In this document: positions 47,901 to 59,940 of the stretch, piece after piece
Numbering within the stretch: the stretch's first letter is position 1
Layout: each line of letters begins with the position of its first letter
NCBI RefSeq assembly: GCF_964204645.1
Contig: NC_134035.1
Span: 8,774,451-8,838,450, forward strand
Length of the DNA stretch: 64,000 nucleotides
Source: Tubulanus polymorphus
Taxonomy: Eukaryota; Animalia; Nemertea
Direction of reading: 5' to 3'
Position numbers and translations under genes: made by a program
The notes under the pieces: generated by a model
What the model was told of the DNA's origin: nothing
Seen by the model: only the letters and a program-made list of their open reading frames with translations
Databases searched by the model: none

Positions 47901-49663
47901 AGTCGTACCCACAGTGCGGCGACTGTTAGTCGTACCCACAGTGCAGTGACTGTTAGTTCTTAGTTCATTATTTGTGAAGTGGTATGTGTTAGTGTGTTAG
48001 AGCATTCGTCTCTGACCAAAGCCAGGTCCTTGGGCAAGACACATATCCTCATTGCCTATCCCCACCCAGGAGCAAATAGGACCTGGCTTGAAACACAGTT
48101 ACAGAAGGGGTAATAAAACCAATGTCACTTCTCTACAGGGAGAGATGACTGATACACAGTTACAGATATAGACTGACTAGTGGTAATAATAGGGGCATAA
48201 ACGGAAGCGATCAAACTGTATCGTAACAGATTCATTGGCTATATAAATATCAATTATTATCATATTCCCGCCGACAGATTGGAAAAACTTTGTCGAGCGT
48301 ATTTTTTTCTATTATCTATTGATATCCCCCGCTATGCGCGACAGTTCTGGTTACACACGCTACCTTAACGGTCACGTATTCGATTATTCGCGATTGGACG
48401 GAAATAAATGCGAAGTCGCAAACGCGGACACCTCGTACGCGGAGAGCTGTTCGAAACCGGGGGGGGGGGGGGGGGCGCGCGAGGTGTTCGCTACACGTCT
48501 GCCGTTCGAGACGTATACGTACGTACATCGACCGTTCGGATGACTTATCGCCCCGCGGGAGCGCCGACCTGATTAGAATTCATCAGCCGCGATATCGAGC
48601 ATATCTCGCGTATCCAGGTTGTAACGGTGTACATCTCGCAGCGCGCGCCGGAGAGAACAGCGCAACGTATCACCGCCGCCGCTGCTGCCGAGGCTGCTGC
48701 ATCATCCGATGAGACTATAATTGATGACTGAAAGGCGTTCGTCGGGAGTCGTTAGTCCCGCGATCTCATACTGCGTGTAGAGAAATTTATTATTCTCCTA
48801 TTCGTATTACATTTAAGAATGACGCTAAGCAATAGAGTAACCGTTGATCTATACGACTCTTGTGACGTCACCAGACATTGCCTTTGCAATCTTCGAAAAT
48901 TGAGCAGCCCCCTCCCCGCAGATCCAGAGGCTTATTTTTACTTGTTTTGATCCCGAAAGGGCACTTTGATGAGTAAAAAGGCAATATTATTACTCCTGCA
49001 CTGAAATGCACCAATAATCTTTGTTGACAAATTGAAATGGGACAATATAGTACAATAACCACACTCAAACGTGGTGAACGGATAATAAGATAAAAACCCA
49101 CTATGTACAATGAAAAGAATTCTAAAATCGAGAATTTGTCGCTAAAATGTAATAAACACCTGACGATGATCTCAAATGTCATGTTTATTATTACATTTTA
49201 GAAATAATTTCTCGATTTTAAAATTCTTTTAATTGTACGTAGTAGGTTTTTATCTTGAAATAGGACGCTCAAAAAGATTCGATGGACTTATACAAGTCTC
49301 ACAAGTCCCCCGTGGTTCCGCCCCTGGTAATGGCTATTATAGAAAGTAGGCATAGATATCCTCGAGATCCCGGAAGAGGTGATCGTACAAAGGAGCTGAG
49401 CTCTACGTCGCGTTGATTGATATATCGATAAATACATTGTTTGTTTTTGTTTTTCGTTTCAGTTGATCGGTTTAATGGTGCTCAGCGTCGGAGTGTGGTT
49501 ACGTCTGGATCCGCAGACGATGCAGTTCGTCAACGCTCTCGACGGATTACAGATCTATTATATCGGTACATACGTTTTAATTGGTGCCGGTGGATTAATG
49601 ACGATTGTCGGTTTCGTCGGCTGCTGCGGTGCGTTCCAAGAATCTGCTTGTATGCTCGGAACT
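34785..49663 (+). CDS. Tetraspanin (CD9/CD81/TSPAN8-like), first two coding exons; no further exon found in the window
   Basis: Exon 34785-34850 (MALTGCMSFMKYLVLVFNLIVW, gtaagt donor) joins in phase 0 to exon 49463-49663 (LIGLMVLSVGVWLRLD...LIGAGGLMTIVGFVGCCGAFQESACMLGT, gtaagt donor). GFxGCCGA..ES.C.L is the tetraspanin TM2-TM3 signature. Confidence 0.92.
37366..37845. mobile_element. Dispersed repeat family with CAGG(G/T)TGGCCAC ends and internal AAAAGTCAGGGAA tandem motifs
   Basis: The shared block TATTTGACTGTGTTAATTGATTG...CATGTCAGGGAATAG recurs near 22765-23003, 36500-36660 and 50980-51150. Confidence 0.6.
38930..39290 (-). mobile_element. Decayed Penelope-like element 3' end / pseudo-LTR with hammerhead motif
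   Basis: On the - strand: a short frame NQQLFEHGSGFILNVF (resembles PLE GIY-YIG C-termini), TATATAAATACC, CTGAAGAG-GGGA..TCCC-GAAAAC-GTTC (38979-38945), then AATAAA. Confidence 0.6.
40379..40590. mobile_element. Dispersed repeat family with AAACTCCTT motifs
   Basis: CAGGGTCCC...GATTCCTTTAAAACTCCTT...AAACTCCTTCAATTTT recurs near 8995-9230, 15770-15980 (inverted) and 25250-25470. Confidence 0.6.
40705..40988. mobile_element. piggyBac-type MITE
   Basis: TTAA|CCCTTTCAGTG...CACTGAAAGGG|TTAA; internally the inverse of 30632-30900. Confidence 0.82.
45570..45855. mobile_element. Degenerate fold-back hammerhead element interrupted by a Harbinger-type MITE (about 45702-45815)
   Basis: CTGAAGATGACTATTAGGGTATAGTTGAAA at 45668 is nearly identical to the 26.9-kb motif; inverted arms on both sides. 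Confidence 0.65.
46610..47957. repeat. 27-bp minisatellite, about 50 copies, in tetraspanin intron 1
   Basis: Unit GACTGTTAGTCGAACCCACAGTGCGGC with variation confined to a few positions; gives 9-aa periodic ORFs on both strands. Confidence 0.98.
47975..48268 (+). mobile_element. Decayed CORE/Nin-type SINE
   Basis: TCCTTGGGCAAGACAC...CCTCATTGCC...CCCACCCAGG central block and a 3' GCTATATAAAT..ATTATTAT tail typical of L2-partnered SINEs. Confidence 0.5.
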
Positions 49664-49705
49664 GTAAGTATATACACTGTCGGTCGCGGCGTAACGACTC
49701 AGAAG

Positions 49706-50411
49706 TGACGGTGAAATTACGCGCACTCACCGGGGATCGAACCCGGGTCTCGTACGGAGACAGCAAACGTGCTAACCAGCAGACCAATAGAACTAGTCCA
49801 CTTGGCCAGTGGTTATACCGCTTGTCCTATATCAGGCACCAGATAACTGATAGTGAAATTACGCGCACTCACCGGGGATCGAACCTGGGTCTCGAATGTA
49901 GACAGCAAGTGTGCTAACCAGCAGACCAATAGAACTAGTCCACTTGGCCAGTGGTTATACAGCTTGTCCTATATCAGACAGCAAACGTGCTAACCAGCAG
50001 ACCGAAAGAACTAGTCCACTTGGCCAGTGGTTATACAGCTTGTCCTATATCAGGCACCAGATAACTGATAGTGAAATTACGCGCACTCACCGGGGATCAA
50101 ACCCGGGTCTTGAATGTAGACAGCAAGCATGCTAACCAGTAGACCAATAGAACTAGTCCACTTGGCCAGTGGTTATACAGCTTGTCCTATATCAGACAGC
50201 AAACGTGCTAACCAGCAGACCAATAGAACTAGTCCACTTGGCCGTGGTTATACAGCTTGTCCTATATCAGGCACCAGATAACTGATAGTGAAATTACGCG
50301 CACTCACCGGGGATCAAACCCGGGTCTCGAATGTAGACAGCAAGCGTGCTAACCAGTAGACCAAAAGAACTAGTCCACTTGGCCAGTGGTTATACAGCTT
50401 GTCCTCTATCA
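49706..50411 (-). mobile_element. Tandem array of 129-bp LTR-like units containing a tRNA-like Pol III promoter (4 full + 2 truncated)
   Basis: Full units at 49706-49834, 49848-49976, 50066-50194 and 50283-50411 bounded by TGA(T/C)...ATCA. - strand A box TGGTCTGCTGG and B box GGTTCGATCCC. 13-bp spacer GTTATCTGGTGCC. Confidence 0.75.
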
Positions 50412-51816
50412 TACAACAGCAGCTCATTAACTACGTAAGATCCTTAGCCGTTCTGATAATTGCCGATATGAAGTCCCTCGATGTCTGCACTTCCTACAGT
50501 CCGAATCTCGTTTGATATCATTTCCGACATTCGTTTTGTAATTGAGTCTCGAAGCTTGCTAATCTACGTGTGATCCTTATACTCACTAATTGCTACATCC
50601 CTACATATCCTATTAGCTTCGCGGCGACTCTGCTCAAAACTCCTGAGCAAATTCATGTTTGTTTTTGCATTTCACTTCTCAATTTTGTATTAGGCTATAT
50701 TTCACCGAGATGTCCGAATGATGCTTGAAGATCGAGGATGCAAAAAATCCCGCAATATATTTTTTTTCAAACATTGAAAATGAACTAACTTTAACTCAAG
50801 AGTTAACTCTAACTCACAACTGTGGAACTGGGTCCAGGTTTATAAAATCGGGCCCAAGCCTGAAAAGTTTCCTCGAAATAGCATTTTATTTCGACGTTTT
50901 GACTATATCAAGAAATATTTGTAAAATTTAGCAAAATCCAGCAGAGTACAGAGAAAGAAGGAAGGAAGGAGTCTTCCACAAATCAGGGAATAGTAGGAGA
51001 AATTTGTAAGAGAAAAAGAACTAGAAGTGCAATCGCTATCAAACAGTTTCCGTCTAATGTCTTATTTATGTCGTATTTGTATCAAGTCGGGAAAAAACAA
51101 TGTACAAAAAGTCTGGGAAAAAGCGAGTCGAATAAAAATGGCCGCCTTGTTTTTTCAAACTTTCATCAACTTCTGCATATATATGTTCACGGTCACGTGT
51201 AATGTTAGGAATATTTTCCAGCAATGAATCTATGAATGCTGAGAATATTGCATTCATTTCTCTTCGTCGTCGCTGCAATTCACATCTCTACCTTTCAACG
51301 ACGACGCGTGTATGAGCGCGTAAAGAATTTAATAACGGGTTCTATCAGCAATCAGTATACCCGACCAGCGACGACCGCCGGTCCCGGTGCATTCCACATT
51401 TTCTCATTACGCGAGCTGTCAATCAAACGCCGATTTCGTTCTTCGCTTTTTCCGAAAAGTGTATATTCCGCGCGCGGTCCCGTCGTCGAAGTCGGTTGTT
51501 GTCAGGAATTGGCTTCATTCGGAGACTTAACTGGATCAATTTCAGTCGTCGAAACAGCGCGCTTCAGACACGTCGAACGGCTCTTAACGAACTGGCTGCG
51601 GCGCCATTTACTCCATAATAAACCTAAGGAAAACCGATAAAACGTGAAATGTTTCACCTGCTCGCCGAGTACGAACGATATCCGCTAATACTGAATTCTT
51701 GTTCCACGATGTATTCAATTTCGTAACTAGCCGCGCTGCATCAATGTCGATAGTCGAGCTGGTTTACTATTGTAGAAATTGCTCGTTTCAATGTGGCAAT
51801 AAGAGTCACAGGGGGA

Positions 51817-52170
51817 ACTTGTAACAACGTAACTTAAAGCGACAGCAAAACTGTTTGTTCTGATACATGGGTTCATCCAACCTCAGGTCCACTTGTAACA
51901 ACGTAACTTAAAGCGACTGCAAAACTGTTTGTTCTGATACATGGGTTCATCCCACCTCAGGTCCACTTGTAACAACGTAACTTAAAGCGACAGCAAAACT
52001 GTTTGTTCTGATACATGGGTTCATCCAAACTCAGGTCCACTTGTAACAACACAACTTATAGCCACAAGGAAAATGTTTGTTCCAATACTTGGGTTCATCC
52101 ATTCTCAGGTCCACTTCTCAGGTCAGCGACAGCGAAACTGTTTGTTCCGATACATTGTTTCATCTCAGGT
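51817..52170. repeat. About 74-bp tandem repeat, 4+ copies
   Basis: ACTTGTAACAACGTAACTTAAAGCGACAGCAAAACTGTTTGTTCTGATACATGGGTTCATCC..CTCAGGTCC repeated, decaying rightwards. Confidence 0.9.
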
Positions 52171-52852
52171 CCTAAGTACCGTTCAGTCCAATATCATAAC
52201 ACCACACAGGTATAGGGACCTCCCCCTACTGCCTTTGGATATAATGTGAGCATTTGTGGGGACATCAAGTTCTATTTTCCGCACATTTGAAGGGGATATT
52301 TTGAGCTTTGTTCATCTATGAGTACCAGTGTAGCGGTAATGGAGGTATAGGCTCGATGATTACCCGTGTGATAGTTCATCATATCGAGTATCAAATTAAT
52401 GAAATTTTACAAATCCTGGTTTTGTTAGATCCGATAAATTGTTAACGACGTTCTACTTTACGACTAGAGACTACTAGAAATCTGCGTACCTTACATGAAT
52501 TCAGATTACCCGGTATTCGTGAATATCTTCTCAAAATGAATCGATTCTGTTTTTAAAGCCAAATTCATATTTAATGCATCATTGTAGAAGTCTGTAGTAG
52601 CACCTTGCGCTGTTTTTGTTCGATTGAACATTGTCATGTTTCTTATTCTCTCCCCTCTCTTTCCCCTCTCTCTTCCCCTCTCTCTTCCCTCTGTCTCCCC
52701 TCTCTCATCTCTCTCACCGGTTTGTTCCTCTCAGCCCGAGGGAGTTGTGCTTTGCATTTCCGTCACTGTCGTCGTTTCTGGAGAAGACGTTCATCGTTTA
52801 TGTCAACGTTGCTGTGATGGGGAGATGACTCAGTTTTAACAGTGTACTGTAC

Positions 52853-53556
52853 CAGTCACAGGTATAAAGGTCTTGTCATCCAGGCGGTCCCTGGTTCTAG
52901 GTCATAGGTACGTAAAGAGCTGCCAGCACTGTCCCTGATTGTCAGGGACAGTCCCTGAAATAGTTCACTGTCCCTAAGGATGTTTTTCATGCTATTGGAA
53001 AATCTATTGCTGTCCCTGAAACTATTTTCTACAGCCCCTTTAGAAATTGTTCTCATTCTTTAATTTTCCTCTTGGTCTCCCTGAAAATCATCTTTTTGTC
53101 GTCGATGCAGTAACTAATAAGTTGGCATATCTGCAGACAGAGATGCTGTGTCATCCATGGTGCTGGGTCAGAGCAATAGGCCTGACCAGTGCTCCATGTG
53201 CAGTCATAGGTAGAAAGGTCCTGTCATCCAGGCGATCCTGTTCCTGGATCACAGACAGAGATGTCCTGTCATCCATGTTGCTGAGTCACACCAACAGGCC
53301 TGACCACGCTTCTCCATGTGCCTGTAATAGTCATAGGTAGAAAGGTCCTGTCATCCAGGCAATCCCTGTTCCTGGATCACAGGCAGAGATGTCCTGTCGT
53401 CCATGGTGCTGGGTCACATCAATAGGCCTGACCAGTTCTCCGTGTATCTTTATCAGTCACAGGTAGAAAAGTCCTGTCATCCACGGTCCTGGGTGACAGC
53501 ATTTATTAGGCCTGTCTATGATATCGACAGTGACAGGTAGAGAGTTCCTATCATCC
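52853..53556. repeat. Degenerate about 125-bp tandem repeat with an inserted TGTCCC-rich segment
   Basis: GTCA(C/T)AGGTAGAAAGGTCCTGTCATCC recurs near 52855, 53203, 53330, 53456 and 53530. Confidence 0.75.
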
Positions 53557-54304
53557 CTCGTGTAATATACAGCTTGTTATTTCAGCTGCTGATATTACAA
53601 TATTACCGATATCAGCCGAAAGCTTCATTCATCAAACTATTGTTATCATCGCCATTGAAATGTCAAGTTTAATTCCCGCGCTGCAGTTCTCTATCTCTCT
53701 ACACACCCAGACCCGATTAGAATGACAGTTTTTTTTTTTAGTTTAATGAATATCGAACGCTCGTTTTCTAGATATCGAACTTTAATAAAATATGATGCCT
53801 CCGGGGATGAGAAAAGTATATGCGCGCGAGCTATAGCGTTTTAAAAATTGAAAAAAACTGGTATTCAATTTCCGCCCGAATACACCGTATATATGTGAAG
53901 TTTCATGCGTCTAATGGATTTCCATTAAAATCTCGTGTATTTCTCGGTCTGGACTTGAATGTTCAGTTTTTTAGCCGGCGGAGCCAGTAACCTCTTCAAC
54001 GAGAGACACTTCCATTAATTGAAGTGAGGCTCAGAACGTCAGTTACTGTTGCGGACTAATTTCAAGACACGTGAAAAGAGGATTTCCTTTTCGCGCGCTG
54101 TTATTTATGTCATGTGACATCCAGTGATGGGATCGACTGCCGAGTCACGAGAAAGCGTGGATTATACGCGATAGGTTTATTACATTCGATGCTGAAAAGT
54201 TTAAATGATCGATAATTAACTTATTGACACCGCCCTCCTAGACTCCTAGATTTATGACTTAAGCTCTACTGGGCCCGCAACTAGTAGCAGCAGTGTTACA
54301 CCAG

Positions 54305-54442
54305 GGGCCAGTTGCACAGTCGTGACTTAAGTCAAAAAGTGGTCTTAAATCTTAAGACCAGTCTTAAGTTGTTAGATTGGCTATAGAACTAAGTTGGTCT
54401 TAGACTGGTCTTAAGTCTAAGCCATGACTATGCAACCGGCCC
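54305..54442. mobile_element. PIF/Harbinger (Tourist-like) MITE with CWG TSD; representative of many copies in the window
   Basis: CAG|GGGCCAGTTGCA...TGCAACCGGCCC|CAG. Others: 3708-3816 (CTG), 11615-11715 (CTG), 14786-14912 (CTG), 20075-20167 (CTG), 39291-39419 (CAG), 63456-63531 (CTG). Confidence 0.82.
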
Positions 54443-55413
54443 CAGGAGTCTCCCTGTTCCTCAGTCGAGACCTGAGTCAAGAAGTGGTCTCAAAGACTTC
54501 AAGTTATTAGATTAGGTATAGAACTTGGATGGTCTTAGACCGGTCTTAGGTCGTTAAATTAGCTATAGAATTAAGATGGACTTAGACTGGATCTTAGGTC
54601 GAAGTCATGATTTAAGAACCGGCCCTGCGTGTGGCACAGTTTTGACTCGAGTCCAAATGTGATCTTGAATCATAAGACCAAAGTTGTATAGATTGGCTTA
54701 AGAACCAAAATCATCTGAAGACTCGTCTGAAGTTGTCATCAGATCGGTTGTAGAACTAGAATAGCCTTAAAGACCAGTCAAATCAAACAGGGTGACCACT
54801 GCGCTGACCTGGAAAACCTGGAAATTCGGGGAATTCGGAAAACGTTATTGACCATGTATACGTGTTTCAACGAAAAATGAATGAGCTATAACATTTTAGG
54901 GAAATATCTCTGATTTACCTAGGTCAAAGACTCATGATTGTACAACGGGCTACCGGTCAGCGTTAGCCATCGATGCCTGTGATTTCACACCCCGGTGGAT
55001 AGATATCAGCGCTAGTGTCAAGTAGCATCGGTTAACGTATTGACCGCCGCGGAGACTCCGGTCAATGTTATATGAGAAAACTTCATTAACAGTTAATGAG
55101 CTATTAGTATGTAGTGACTTACTGGTTATTGGTGTGTGAGTGTATGTATATATATATATATATATATCACTGATACAGTTACCGTGGCTGTTTAAACGTC
55201 GTCGCGCTAATGGTCGAACTCGTGTTGTCCGCGGGCGAAGTTCGTAATTTCCGCAATGATCGCGTATACACACGCGCCGCTTTCTATCGCGGCCGATTGT
55301 CAATATAATTCGTACGTCAGTAAGATGTAATCAGGGGGGGATGGTTGTCATTTCCCTTCGCTGCATGTGACGGTGGTATCTCTAATAACGAGAGATACAA
55401 GGTTTAGGTTTCA

Positions 55414-55708
55414 GTGTATCAGTGTATCAGTAATACAGGTTTCTGTAATACATGTATCAGTAATACGGATTTCTGTAATACGTGTATCAGTAATACGGGT
55501 TTATGTGATTCAGGTTTCTGTAATACGTATATCAGTAATACGGGTTTCTGTAATACGTGTATCAGTAATACGGGTTTATGTGATTCAGGTTTCTGTATTA
55601 CGTGTACCAGTAATACGGGTTTCTGTAATATGTGTATCAGTAATACGGGTTTATGAGATCTGTGATACGGATTTCTGTAATACGTGTATCAGTAATACGG
55701 GTTTTTGT
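55414..55708. repeat. 15/30-bp minisatellite
   Basis: Alternating TGTATCAGTAATACG / GGTTTCTGTAATACG subunits; explains the VSVIR ORFs. Confidence 0.92.
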
Positions 55709-57344
55709 ATGACGTCTTCGTAAATATCTCGATCAATCATCTCGTATAGATTGGATCGTTCGTCTTATTGTTTTTATACGTTTGCTGCTGTTGTCGGTGA
55801 CACTGTTTGAAGCCCCCGTATCGCCCGGTATTGCTGGTGTATATCAATGTATTTATAGAGATAAGAGGTATTAGTTCTCCTTCCGTTGTCCGTCGCTGTA
55901 CCGATAGATATAGCCTCTCTCTCGCCGGCAGCAGTCGCTGGCGAGTGAGGCTTGAGATTAAATGTGACACATCCATACGTATGCGGCTTACGTCCGTTTA
56001 TCGGCAAAAATGATGGCGTTACACGATGTTACTTTGTGTGAAAAGCTCGCTGTGTATATATTAGCCGCGGTCGGTCGATATTGCCGTATTGGAGTCAGCG
56101 CGAGAGTCATGTTTGTCATGGCGCGGTCGGCGGTCAGTGCACAGCGTAACCAGTGTTTGTCCATCGTCGTTGTTAAACACTGCACTCGGGTAATATTCAC
56201 AAATTACTCGCCTTCGCAATCCTATCAATTCTTCGATGGACAACAGAGCGCAGTTCTGGGCGGCGGTTGTTCGAAGGTGGTCAATCATCGAAGCAATACC
56301 ATACGGCATACTAAGGCTAAAAAAATTGATACCTTGTTTCTCGTTTCTGCTCAGCTTAAAAGTTGAACCAGCCCGGCCACCTTTCTGCTCAGCATTACTT
56401 TTTCTTTAAAATCACAATCAGCAGTTATGGAAATGATCTGATTACAAATTTCATTGCAGCTTATAGAAATGACCCGACCGATTACGAAAAGCAAAAGGCA
56501 TCATTTTCTTTTTCTAGCTTAATAATGAAGTTATGATTGCCGGTATGGTTGTCAGTTATGACGTCGGTTGTCCATCAGCGACTGGCCCCAGCTGGTTTAC
56601 TGACGTCGTAGGATAAGATATTCATCCTTATCTCTTCGATTAGATTGAACCGGTGACTGCGCGCACGCAGATTCTTGTCGTTTGTCGACTATCAGGGGTA
56701 TTCACGTAGGAAGTATTTATAGCATTTAGCTAAATCCAGATGATCGAGTTAAACTTCTTGTCTTACGTACAATGTATTATCCTACTGTAACATCTATTCA
56801 ATTAGGATAATCAAATTAGTGTCCGTGTGTGTGCGCAATGGTTTGAAATTGACCTATGATTACAGCCCCTTAACGTTGGATAGTCTCGCGGTTCTCAGGT
56901 TTAAACTGCTCCTTGAATTTGAAAGTCTTCAGCGTTAACGGATCGTTTCGATAGGATTTGCCCCGCCGATAATGATCGCTCGGCGCATTTAAAATCGTCG
57001 AGTTGTATCTTAAACTTTGTATCATGTATTTTCCGATCCGTACACGGCCGTCATCGTATTAATTTTTATCCGCTATAATGCTCCTTTACTGAAATAAAAC
57101 GATTTACGATGCGTTTGTATTTTATGTTTTTACGATCGATAGAATGCTCTTCTCTCTCCCGGTAAATCTTATCAAGAACTCGACGAATATTGGTCTCGAT
57201 TACTCTGAAATAAAAGCGTGTATTATGATTGGCTGTATAGATGTATTAGACGTAAAGAGCTTATTATCGGTTGCGTGTGTGCATTTACTTTATGAACCAT
57301 GAGCTGTTGTTGATTCACAAACTCGCGGAGGTATCGATCATTAC

Positions 57345-58378
57345 CTCTTTCTTTTTCCACCCTCTTCTACCTCTCCTCTTTCCTCTCTTCACTCTCTCCT
57401 CCACCCTCTCCCTTCTCTTTCCACCCCTCTTTTCCCTCTCCTCTCTTACTCTCCTCTCTCTACCCTCCCCTCTCCACTCCTTTCCACTCTCTCTTCCCTG
57501 TCATTTCTCTTCCTCCCCTCTCCACCTTTCCCCACTCCACCATCTCTCCACCCTCTTTCCTCTTCTCCCCTCTTACCTCTTTTCACTCTTTCCTCCACCC
57601 TCTCCCTTCTCTTTCCACCCCTCTTTTCCCTCTCACCTCTTGCTCTCCTCTCTCTACCCTCTCTCCCTTCCACTCCTTTCCACTCTTCCTGTCATTTCTC
57701 TTCCTCCCCTCTCCACCTCTCCCCACTCCACCCTCTCCACCTCTCTCCACTCCACCCTCTCCACCTCTCTCCACTCCACCCTCTCTCTTCACCCTCTCCT
57801 CTCCACCCTCTCCTCTCCACCTCTCCCCACTCCACCATCTCTCCACCCTCTCTCCTCTCCACCCTCTTTCCTCTCCACCCTCTCCTCTCCACCTCTCCCC
57901 ACTCCACCCTCTCTCCACTCCACCCTCTCCCTATCTCTCCACCCTCTCCTCTCCACCTCTCTCCACTCCACCCTCTTTCCTCTCCACCCTCTCCTCTCCA
58001 CCCTCTCTCTCCACCCTCTCCTCTCCACCTCTCCCCACTCCATCTCTCTCCGCCCTCTCCTCTCCATCCTCTCCCCATTCCACCATCTCTCCACCCTCTC
58101 TCCTCTCCACCCTCTTTCCTCTCCACCCTCTCCTCTCCACCTCTCTCCACTCCACCCTCTCTCTCCACCCTCTCCTCTCCACCTCTCCCCACTCCATCTC
58201 TCTCCGCCCTCTCCTCTCCACCCTCTCCCCATTCCACCATCTCTCCACCCTCTCTCCTCTCCACCCTCTTTCCTCTCCACCCTCTCCTCTCCACCTCTCT
58301 CCACTCCACCCTCTCTCTCCACCCTCTTTCCTCTCCACCTCTCCCCACTCCACCATCTCTCCACCCTCTCTCACTCTA
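57345..58378. repeat. Polypyrimidine/polypurine low-complexity tract (CTCTCCAC-based)
   Basis: About 1 kb almost entirely C/T with spaced A on the + strand; internal longer-period duplications; explains the P/L/S and G/E/R ORFs. Confidence 0.97.
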
Positions 58379-58781
58379 ATCATATATACATACAGTAAGA
58401 TGTTCTGATATAACGCTTTCCCCGTGAAAAAGATTCCGGTTTCTGTCAGTATTGATTTGTCGACTGCTGCTTAAATGTTGATTAATTGCAATTGAACGGT
58501 TGTTGAGTTTGTGGTCGCCAGCAATATATAAATTGCATTTTGTAGGTTTCATCTCTGACATATTGGGAATGGTTTGAGTTAAATGTAGGCGTTCGAGCGT
58601 GCCAAAACTTTCTTCGAAGAAGCCTTAGATGGATATGACAATTTCGTTATTTTAAGCCCCCAAAAAAGTAATCTTTTCGTTAAGTCATTGCCTTCCGAAC
58701 CTCGGCACTTTCTAAGCAGTTTTGGTCCCTGACCCGGAAAATCTGGAAAACTCGGGGAATCGAAAAAAGATCAGGGGAAAG

Positions 58782-59210
58782 TGACAGTGAAATTACATGC
58801 ACTCACCGGGGATCGAACCCAGGTCTTACGTAGAATGAAAGCCAAGGGCGGATCCAGGATTCTTTGAAAGGGGTGGACCTTGAAATTCGGTTGGGCAATA
58901 AATTTGAAAGGGCGGATTTGGCAATGCAATGACTGGAAGCGATACGTTGGGGGTTCTGGTGGCCCTGCCATAGAACATTTCGGACAAACAGAGGGGCTTT
59001 TCTTGTCCATATCGGGATCCATTTGGATTTATTTTGAGTCTGTTTAAAATTTTCTTTGCAAATAGTTTTTTCCAGACTTTTTGGAGGGCACATTCAGATT
59101 TTGACCAGTCCACCCGGAACACCTCCCTCCCCCTAAATCCGCCCTTGCAAGCGTCCTAAGACCGATAGAACTAGTGAACTTAAGTACAGGAGGTTATACA
59201 GCTTGTACTA
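58782..59210 (-). mobile_element. Solo tRNA-like LTR unit interrupted by a CAAGGGCGGAT MITE (58843-59147)
   Basis: GTGACAGTGAAATTACATGCACTCACCGGGGATCGAACCC and AGACCGATAGAACTAGT...GGTTATACAGCTTGT match the two halves of the 49.7-kb unit. Confidence 0.72.
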
Positions 59211-59940
59211 GGGCTATATGCGTAACATTTATATTCCTCGCTCGCCCCCTTGATGTGTTCAACGATAAACTCATTTCATTTTACATTATCAATAATAACA
59301 CTGCGATGTACGCGTCGATAATTCTGTCATTAAGATATCTCGACAGTTCTCAATGCGTATGTGTCAAACTTAGTTATCTTACAGTGGTAAACGCTAATTA
59401 ATCTATATATCGATATATATATATATATAAAGTGGATGAAGTTGACGCGCGTAACCTTCAAGTCTGTAACTGTAGTCTGTAGTGGTTCTCGGAATTTTCA
59501 ATCTCTAGTTCAATTCGCATTGTTCATAACTATTGTAGGTATCTTGTTACGAAATTAATCATAATTTCATCAGTATTTCGCCGGCGCGAATGCCGAACAT
59601 GATATGAATGCCTATAATTCGCAATTATTTACAAGTACCGGAGCAGCTGAGAGTTTAACCGAGCGGACCCGCGTACGAGTACGGTAATTCGGCTTCGGTA
59701 GATTTAGTTTCATGTTCAAATCCATAGAGCGTCGAATGATTAGTGTTTCTTATACTCGGATGTCGTATTTCGGACCACAAGTCTAAAAAACCTGATGAAA
59801 ATGATAAAGTAGCCCACATGAACTCATTTCTTATAGTTATCAATAATCACTGGAAATTAGAGCCTGCACGTCACATTTTTCTGTACATAATTCATTATCC
59901 GGCTTCTTGGGACTTATTGAAATTTGAGGTTGTAACTTTT

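Noticed and set aside
46610-47957. CRISPR-like appearance of the 27-bp array
   Set aside because: There are no unique spacers, only a few recurring variant positions. The context is a eukaryotic intron with no cas genes.
49706-50411. Functional tRNA gene cluster
   Set aside because: A and B boxes are present but there is no convincing acceptor stem or cloverleaf, and the units are embedded in repeats with LTR-like ends.
52731-52835. Possible tetraspanin exon 3 after a polypyrimidine tract
   Set aside because: The phase-0 translation lacks the expected hydrophobic TM3 (FF..L...F..E) pattern.
57271-58398. Long ORFs (375, 218, 191, 150 aa) and the 264-aa ORF at 59743-60537
   Set aside because: Artefacts of CT/GA low-complexity sequence lacking stop codons.
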